Shown here: positions 57,101 through 64,000 of the stretch, piece after piece
How the letters are laid out: every line of letters starts with the position of its first letter
Numbering within the stretch: the first letter of the stretch is position 1
DNA from: Schizochytrium sp. TIO01
Lineage: Eukaryota; Protista; Bigyra: Labyrinthulomycetes
Assembly (NCBI GenBank): GCA_004764695.1
Contig: SMSO01000032.1
Span: 4,496,483 to 4,560,482, forward strand
Length of the DNA stretch: 64,000 bases
Direction: 5' to 3'
The notes under the pieces: model-generated
Databases searched by the model: none
What the model was told of the DNA's origin: nothing
Seen by the model: only the letters and a program-made list of their open reading frames with translations
Position numbers and translations under genes: made by a program

Positions 57101-59350
57101 AAGAGCTTTGGTTATTAATGCTAGCCCTGCACTCTCCGGCCTCATACGCGTGGGGAGGTGCATAATGACCTCAGCTAATGTGCCTAAAGACTGCTCATCC
57201 ATGTGGCTATCTTCTACGCGCAAAGCATTAATCTTGCTAAATTCTTCCCGACCAAAGTACTCTTCTACAAAAGACAAAAGAGGACCACAGCAAGATTTTT
57301 CGAGATACTCAATTGCATGGTCATCAAGCCAGCCCAGTTGTGAAAGAGCACCCACAGAGTTTGGGGTGGGGCAACCTAGGACAGATTCAACAAGGCTTTG
57401 CAGAACTCCTTCGGAACAAACTTTGTCAGAGCCCTCCAAGCGAGAGAGGTCGCCCATCTTGAAAATACTCTTGGAGCCAGAAAGGGCATCGGCAAGATAC
57501 TGTTGGGCTTGTGAATCACGTTGAAGACCCTCGAAGTAGTGACGCCACATTTGATCGCGCTCATGCAAAGACTGTGGGCCGCATAAACATACACGAAGTG
57601 CCAAACGAAAGCTGGCTGCACCCTCAGCACCATCGCGGCGTAATCGAGCTGTTCTCAAGAGAGCTTCCGCTTGGCCATTTACAACGCCACAAACACTAAC
57701 AAGAACATCTAAAGCTGACAAGGAAGGACAGCGTCGTGTATCATTTAAGGCAGTATCCACCAATGTCTTCGCGAGAGCCGCAATTGTAGGTTTTGCGTTG
57801 CTTCCCGCCCCAGCTGCTTCAACAATCTCAGCAACGCGTTCTGCACGTGTAGCGTCCTCTAGAAAATGAGCTTCCATAGTCTGCTGAAGAGCGCGCCATG
57901 CTTCATTATCGGTTGGAGGAACCTGATTCAGAGCTAATGCGAGTGTTGCTGGGAGGTCACGACCTAAACGGAAGCGACGGTTCTCACATATGTACACCTC
58001 GATTGGACGCAAAAGGTGCTCAGTTGAGAAGCTGCGTTTGTGTTTCAAAAGAAATGCAGCACACTCCAGCTGTGCGTGGAGTAGAGCAGGAGTGCCGTGA
58101 GGTCCAAGATCCTCTTCAGCAGACATGCCACTCCAGAGTTCCTCAAGCCATTTATTTGCCAAGGACTCAGAGCCCATTTCATCCCAAACCTCAGTAGGAA
58201 TCAAAGAAAGGATAGGAAGAAGCATCGGATATGCTAGTCTGCCAGCTCCACGTGCGCCGCGACGCATAAAAGACCACATACTTGCAAAAAATGTCTTCCG
58301 ATAATCCTTCAATATACTGAAGAATTGTCCTCCTTGCATCATTGTAACAATAGCTTCAGCAACTCCTCCCACAAGGCGGGACTCTTGTTCAGTGGAAAGT
58401 GCCCGCGCCATCAGGCTACAGGCTTCTTCTGCATTAAGGCTTGAATCAAGAAGGTGCTCTTTTGACAGCATCGCTACGAGCTCATAAGTTGCGCCACGTA
58501 CGAGGGAACTACTATGGGTAAAGATAGTTTTCCATCGTGGGTTTTGGCCAACTGCAGACAGCACGAAGGATTCAGCTAGTCCACCTTTAACACGCGATTC
58601 GCAGCGCAAGAGTTCTGGCAATCTGGCAAGTGCGCCTAAGGAACTCGCCTGGAGTCTCTCTTTGACTTCGTCTTCCATACCATCCAGAGAAAGCGCATAC
58701 ATACGATCTTTAAGAAACGCCATTATAATTCCTTCATTCTTTTGAATAAGCGACTCAAGATTTTCCACAAGGTCGATACTCTCTATTGTTCGCAAAACTT
58801 CGCGAGCAGCGCGATTCACATCAGCATTTGTTGGATCACCAACACAACAAAACGTCTCGCCAAGGAAATCGCTACTTGAGCGAATAACAACCTTTGGCAC
58901 GCGTCTCAGAAACACGCAAAGCGTAACATTTGCCCGCTCACGCACACGGTGATCTACTTCTCGAGAGCATATGCGAAGGTAATGGTACAGGAAATGTGGT
59001 AAAGCTTCGCGAACATCCTCACGACTGGTCAGTTGCTCACTCTCCACAAGCTTGGAGAGCTCTGCAAGAGCCTTGAATTTCGTCTGCGCATCTTTCTTCG
59101 ACAAGCTCTTGTAGGTCTGTTTGATGTCATTATGACTGCCTGCATAATAAGATGTAGTATTGTCCTCTACCCCGCGTTTCCTGTCCGCTAAGCTAGTTTG
59201 AGGCGCTGTGGCGCTTGCGCTGGAGGTGGAGGCAGAGCTCGTCGTAGCTGTTGCAAAGGCATCAAAGCCTACAAAGGTCGAGGTATTGAAACCTGCCTTA
59301 TGCATGGCTGCGGCCGAGGCGGCAGCAGACGCCTTACGAGCCTTGCCCAT
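54146..59350 (-). CDS. LTN1: E3 ubiquitin ligase Listerin (ribosome quality control), 1734 aa
   Basis: N-terminal FVGF and '[13 protein letters not shown]'. C-terminal RWD-like '[20 protein letters not shown]', '[28 protein letters not shown]' and RING 'C..[13 protein letters not shown].TS....CPMC'. Confidence 0.95.
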   Translation of the reverse strand: [1734 protein letters not shown]

Positions 59351-61040
59351 GGTGTCCTTATTATATTTTGGTTTGGGTCTATCTGCGTTCGATGTGGTTT
59401 GGTTGTTCCTTGCTCGTTTAGTTCAATTGTTTGATCGAAAGAGAGGATTTTACTCTTCTTTTCTGCAGCCAGTGAGTGACTTTCTTACCTTTTCTTTTCA
59501 TATTTGAAAAGCGTAGCTATGAGTACTTAGCTGCCTACTTAGTACAAACGAAGAGCATTATTAGTTAAGTGCTAATACCGTCATATAGTACTTCTCATTT
59601 CCCATGTGGTTTCCAGCAAATCTTCAGCAGACCTCAAACTACAGAACCTCAACCTAAAGTAAAACATCCTTACGAGCCCCTGTCGCTCATCAGCATTCAA
59701 CAAAATCCCATGCTTGTTTTCTGCCCTTTATAATTTTACAAACCTGTGGCGACCGTGCAATTTCTGATGGCTCTGTCCTTTTGATTTCATTGAGAAAGCG
59801 AAGCGCCCACTCTAACAAATTGCACATAGTAGTCTGTTCGTACTAATCTCTAACTTATACAAACGCTGCACCCAGTAGGTAATATGCTTCCGATTCCCAT
59901 ATTCATATATCCCTCAACACATAGCTTTCAATTCCACCTCAAGTTATGGCATACACCTCGAAAAAATGAGGCACCCACATCAGCCAACGTGTGTAAATTT
60001 TTCTTCGTATCATAGTAATATGATAAATCCAAAACATTCGACACGACCTTTTCAAAAGTTATTGGAAGCTAACCTTAGAACGTTACAAACTTGCCTGGCC
60101 CTGATGTTTTCGCAGCTATTTCATCCATGAAATAATGGATATTTAAAATTGACTCTGACAACCCTATTCATAGAGATACAAATGAAGATGCCACTGATCG
60201 TCGATGTTGATAGAAGCGAGTTAGAGCTTAGACTTCGTAGTGCGAAATTAGGCCTTACCAAAATCAAATGTACGGATGATTTAACAACCGTATCCTTCTT
60301 CCAAGCTGGTGGATAAAATCATCTACATTTGCAATACAAGCAAAATAAAGCTAGCATCAAGTCACCAAAACACCCATCTAATCTGTCTATTCCAACGAAG
60401 CGCCCTTTTCAATTGTTCGACAGACTCCTCTTATTTTACCAATACACATACTTTGAATTTCGGCGACAAGGTGTGAAACTTCAAAGAAACAGCTCACCAT
60501 GAGTTAAAATAAAATTCGAAATCAATCTTGAAACACAACACCGGGATACACCAGGTTAGAAACTTTCACTTTATGATTGTCTGCGCTTAAACGCTGAATT
60601 GTTGGTGCTCTGATAATCCATTTATACTTATGCAATTTTGCTAGCTAGAAGCTTGGCCAGCATTACGTTGGACTTCATTTGACCTAATTGCAGATGGAGT
60701 CAATGACTTAATCTGCTCCAAGAAACAATAGATAAGAAAATCGCAACTTCGAATTACATTTTATATGTTTGTATATGAGGCGTCATTTTAAACCTCTTGC
60801 AGATTCTTTATGGCCTAGCCTAGCCTAAGTACTACCCGAAGAAGGTTCGGAATCAAGGGTGCGGCACACTATATCCTTAAATTGGAAAACTCGAGGTTCA
60901 CGCTCTCAGGAAATAGGATCCCAGAACTCCGAATTCCACACAGCAACTCACTCTCTTTTCAATATACTCATATACGCAGTTTGTTGTCCAGCTAAACAGT
61001 TCTCATTGTTCGATCTTACCATATATCAATTAGCAAAAGC

Positions 61041-61090
61041 TTTTGAGAGCGACAAGATCTTTTGAGAGCGAGCAAACGTTTTTGAGAGCG
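61041..61090. repeat. Three direct copies of TTTTGAGAGCG at a 19-20 nt period
   Basis: Copies at 61041, 61060 and 61080. Confidence 0.85.
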
Positions 61091-62969
61091 TCTTTCATTC
61101 TTGCTTTTGTGAGTGTAGCTCTCTGTTTTTATTCGATGTAGGACAATGGAACGAATCAAACTCCTTTTCTTATTTTGCTTTGGCTATTTGTCTGAGAGCA
61201 GGCATTGCCTCCACGCCTAAACTTATTCACTCTAGGTTTGTCTTATTTGAGCAAAGTCTCAGGGTGCAGTCTATAAAAAGGGTTCAGCAGGCAAGAAATA
61301 CCGGGACGTCCCCCTAAGCGTGGATATGCATTTGGTACTTGCCATTACATAGGAATCCTCAGAGTGATCGTGGAAAAGTAACGCACAACAGGATGTGATA
61401 CCATGGGATCTGTACAGTCTGCAACTTTTGTTCTGCTCCCCTAGGCTGAAAGGTTGTATTTTAACACATTTCCTTCACCGATAGTATACTCACGTGTGAG
61501 CCTGCTCAAGAGGGCAATGTTTGATTTTGAGAATCAGAGACAGCGACTAATCACAACCATCGTTTTAGTAATTTTCAAGTTACTTCAAGTCTTGAAAGTA
61601 AACTGAATATAAAATAGCAATAAACAAAAATAAATGGATTGATTGATACACGATAGTAATACTAAAAGTCTAAAGCAGATTTTTCCCACAGGGTATTAGG
61701 TCAAGTACATAGGTACCCTTAGTCAATACATTTGTTGTGTAGGCCTTAAAAAACATTAATGGTTAGCAATCACTTAAAATATATTGAACGAGGATGGTTT
61801 ATTAGAATTGTTTAGTTCACTGCACTATAGTGGCTTCAAGACTTGCCTCTTTTTCAACTTTGATATCTATCTGCTGTGACTCTAAAAGTAAGATCGCATC
61901 TACAATTTGAGCTGCAGCTTTTTCATTCCTTTTTCTTTCAATTTTCAAGCTCAAGTTATAGTTAGAATCGGAAAAAGGAAAAAGAAAAAAGAAACTGCTT
62001 TACTAACTGTATAGGTAGGTACCTACATAGCAAAAATAGAGATTGGCAAGAAGTAGTGCTAGCTAGGTACTACACCTCCTCTAGAGACACCTTATTCCTA
62101 TTCGTTGCCCCTTTAGTACAAGGTATCTAGCATTACTTGCCTACCTACTACTCACTAGTCAGAGGTAATAAGAAGTCAAAATCTTTTAGCAACGTGGGTA
62201 AAAACTCAGGTCCAAATAATCACTCTTTACATTGCTAAGGTAGCAGCTACTTACCTTGAGAGTGAGTTGATAAAATTAGAGATATATAGGCTAGCTAGTC
62301 ATCTACGCGTTTTTACAGTTTCGAAACTATGAATGTGAAGTGCTATTAATTCTGGAGTCTTTTCTCATGATTTATGTTTTTTCTCCCTTTTGCCCAACTA
62401 TATACGTACCTTTATTCCCTTTATCAGGTAAAGAAGCACTTCCTCGCTAGCTAGCTGATTAGCAATTTTCTACGCATGAGAAATTCTCTTATCGATAGTA
62501 GTTAGTTAGCGCTTCATCCGATTTCATAGTATACCGTAAGTAACTATTAAACAGGGTACATAGATATCTAGCATTGACTACTAGGCACTGTAGGAGCATC
62601 ACCTCGACAACGACAATAACTACAGCAAGTCTTACTACTCCTGCCACTGAAGGTAGAAACCAAACTGATTCGACGGAACGGCGTGGACTCTCGAGCGCTC
62701 TCAACAGAGCTGCTGAGCAACAGTGGGCGGAAAGAACGGCGCAGGCAGAACCCTCTCGGGCCCTGGTCCGCTCCGCCCGCATTTTCCGTCTATCTGATTC
62801 ACTCGGCCGTTCTTCTCGCTCTCGGTTTCACTCTGATTTTCTGTTCTTTCTTTGCTAAACACCCTGCTGAGACAACGGTGACAGAAGGCAAAAGGCAACG
62901 AGGTGTCAACAGCCAAGACTCAATCGAGACTGTAGGTACAGGCAGAGGCTTCATCAATCAAACTCTTAG

Positions 62970-63070
62970 GTAAGAATTCTATTCTTCTCTCTGTGTTTCT
63001 ATAGTTGATTTCGATCTTTATCTTTTTAAGATTTCAAACCTGCACGAGCAAAAGATTCAGATCTGAGCAG
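62970..63070 (+). other. Putative 5'-UTR intron of the last gene
   Basis: AG|GTAAGA donor at 62970; CAG acceptors at 63060 or 63070, just before the ATG at 63072. Confidence 0.5.
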
Positions 63071-63071
63071 G

Positions 63072-63421
63072 ATGAACCGGCAGCAAAACCAAAACTACAT
63101 GGTGGGTCCCAACGGAGCACCTGTCCCTAACATGCCCATGTACAACACTGGAATGAATAGCACAATCGCTGCTAATAATACCAGCAACAACGCCATGATG
63201 GGAAACATGAATAACATGAACACTGGTCAGCATCACAGCCATCCTGTCAACTTTACACCTGTCAGTATTAACAATGGTGGGCAACCATACGGCACGTACA
63301 ACCACTTTTATCAAAGTTATACTATGCCCGGAACTGCACCAAACGGAAGCAGAGCTGCAGGCAACGATGATGATGACGAGGACGAGGAAGGGGAAGGGGA
63401 AGAAGAGGAAGAGGAGGACAA

Positions 63422-63472
<51 letters not shown>

Positions 63473-64000
63473 CAGCGAAGACGACGAGAAACCTCAGGCC
63501 CCAGCTCCATCACTATTCCACGCCCCAGTTTACTTCCAAAGCCAGGCGCCGATCCAACTTCGGAATCAGGCACCAGTCCCTTTTCAAAGCCAGCCTCTAG
63601 CCAGTGTTACTCTACCTTCTACGACCTATCACAATAGCACAGCTCAACACCATGTTCAGGCTGTAGCGTCCGTAAACAGTAACGCGAACAACACATTTTC
63701 CACCATGGCTAACAACAACGGGCAAATTTACCCCAGCAAACCTCAGGATGACAATGTGGATGGAGATGAAGATGAGGATGAAGACGAAGATGAAGACGAA
63801 GGCGACGATGATGGTAGCAATGAAGAAAATAACAACAAGGACACCAGTATTAATGATCTAGACAATAATGGTAACATGGGTGACGTCCCTGCTACAAACA
63901 GCGGCAACGAAGCTGTTGTTGCCGACGGGGGAAACACTGCCATTGTCGTCGATAATCAAGAAAGCGAGAATATTGCAGATGAAGACGACAAGGAACAGGA
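63072..64000 (+). CDS. Partial ORF (runs off the window): N/M/Q/Y-rich N-terminus plus poly-acidic tracts
   Basis: Read by hand; absent from the ORF track because there is no stop. MNRQQNQNYMVGPNGAPVPNMPMYNTGMN...DDDDEDEEGEGEEEEEEDNDDDD... stays open to base 64000. Confidence 0.8.
63423..63473 (+). repeat. (GAC)14-GAT-(GAC)2 coding microsatellite (poly-Asp17)
   Basis: Directly visible. Confidence 0.9.

Noticed and set aside
61041-61090. CRISPR-like repeat-spacer pattern
   Set aside because: 11-nt repeats and 8-9-nt spacers are far too short, the context is eukaryotic and there are no cas genes.

Overview
Eukaryotic nuclear DNA: intron-poor genes with GC-richer coding blocks, separated by AT-rich spacers, with canonical GT-AG introns. 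Gene content and architecture suggest a heterotrophic stramenopile, probably a thraustochytrid/labyrinthulomycete (inference, not proven). About 14 protein-coding genes are supported: ERCC1 (partial), a trifunctional arogenate/prephenate dehydratase + arogenate dehydrogenase + prephenate aminotransferase fusion, RNA Pol I/III subunit RPAC1, a membrane-anchored tandem family-III CoA-transferase, PSMG1 (spliced), RBM28/Nop4, Pin1 (spliced), an EF-hand protein, a bacterial-type Fe-ADH, RECQL, a small two-TM protein, a 622-aa protein with two copies of an unrecognised C6HC zinc-finger-like module, LTN1/Listerin with an SH3-like insert, and a partial prion-like/poly-acidic protein. The main findings are: (1) the whole post-prephenate Phe/Tyr arogenate route on one polypeptide lacking a targeting presequence; (2) the twin Cys/His module gene behind a 13.8-kb gene desert with clustered DNA motifs; (3) a recurrent TAGGTA/TACCTA upstream motif; (4) a 27-bp inverted-repeat element. 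I recognised no rRNA, tRNA, CRISPR array or intact transposon.
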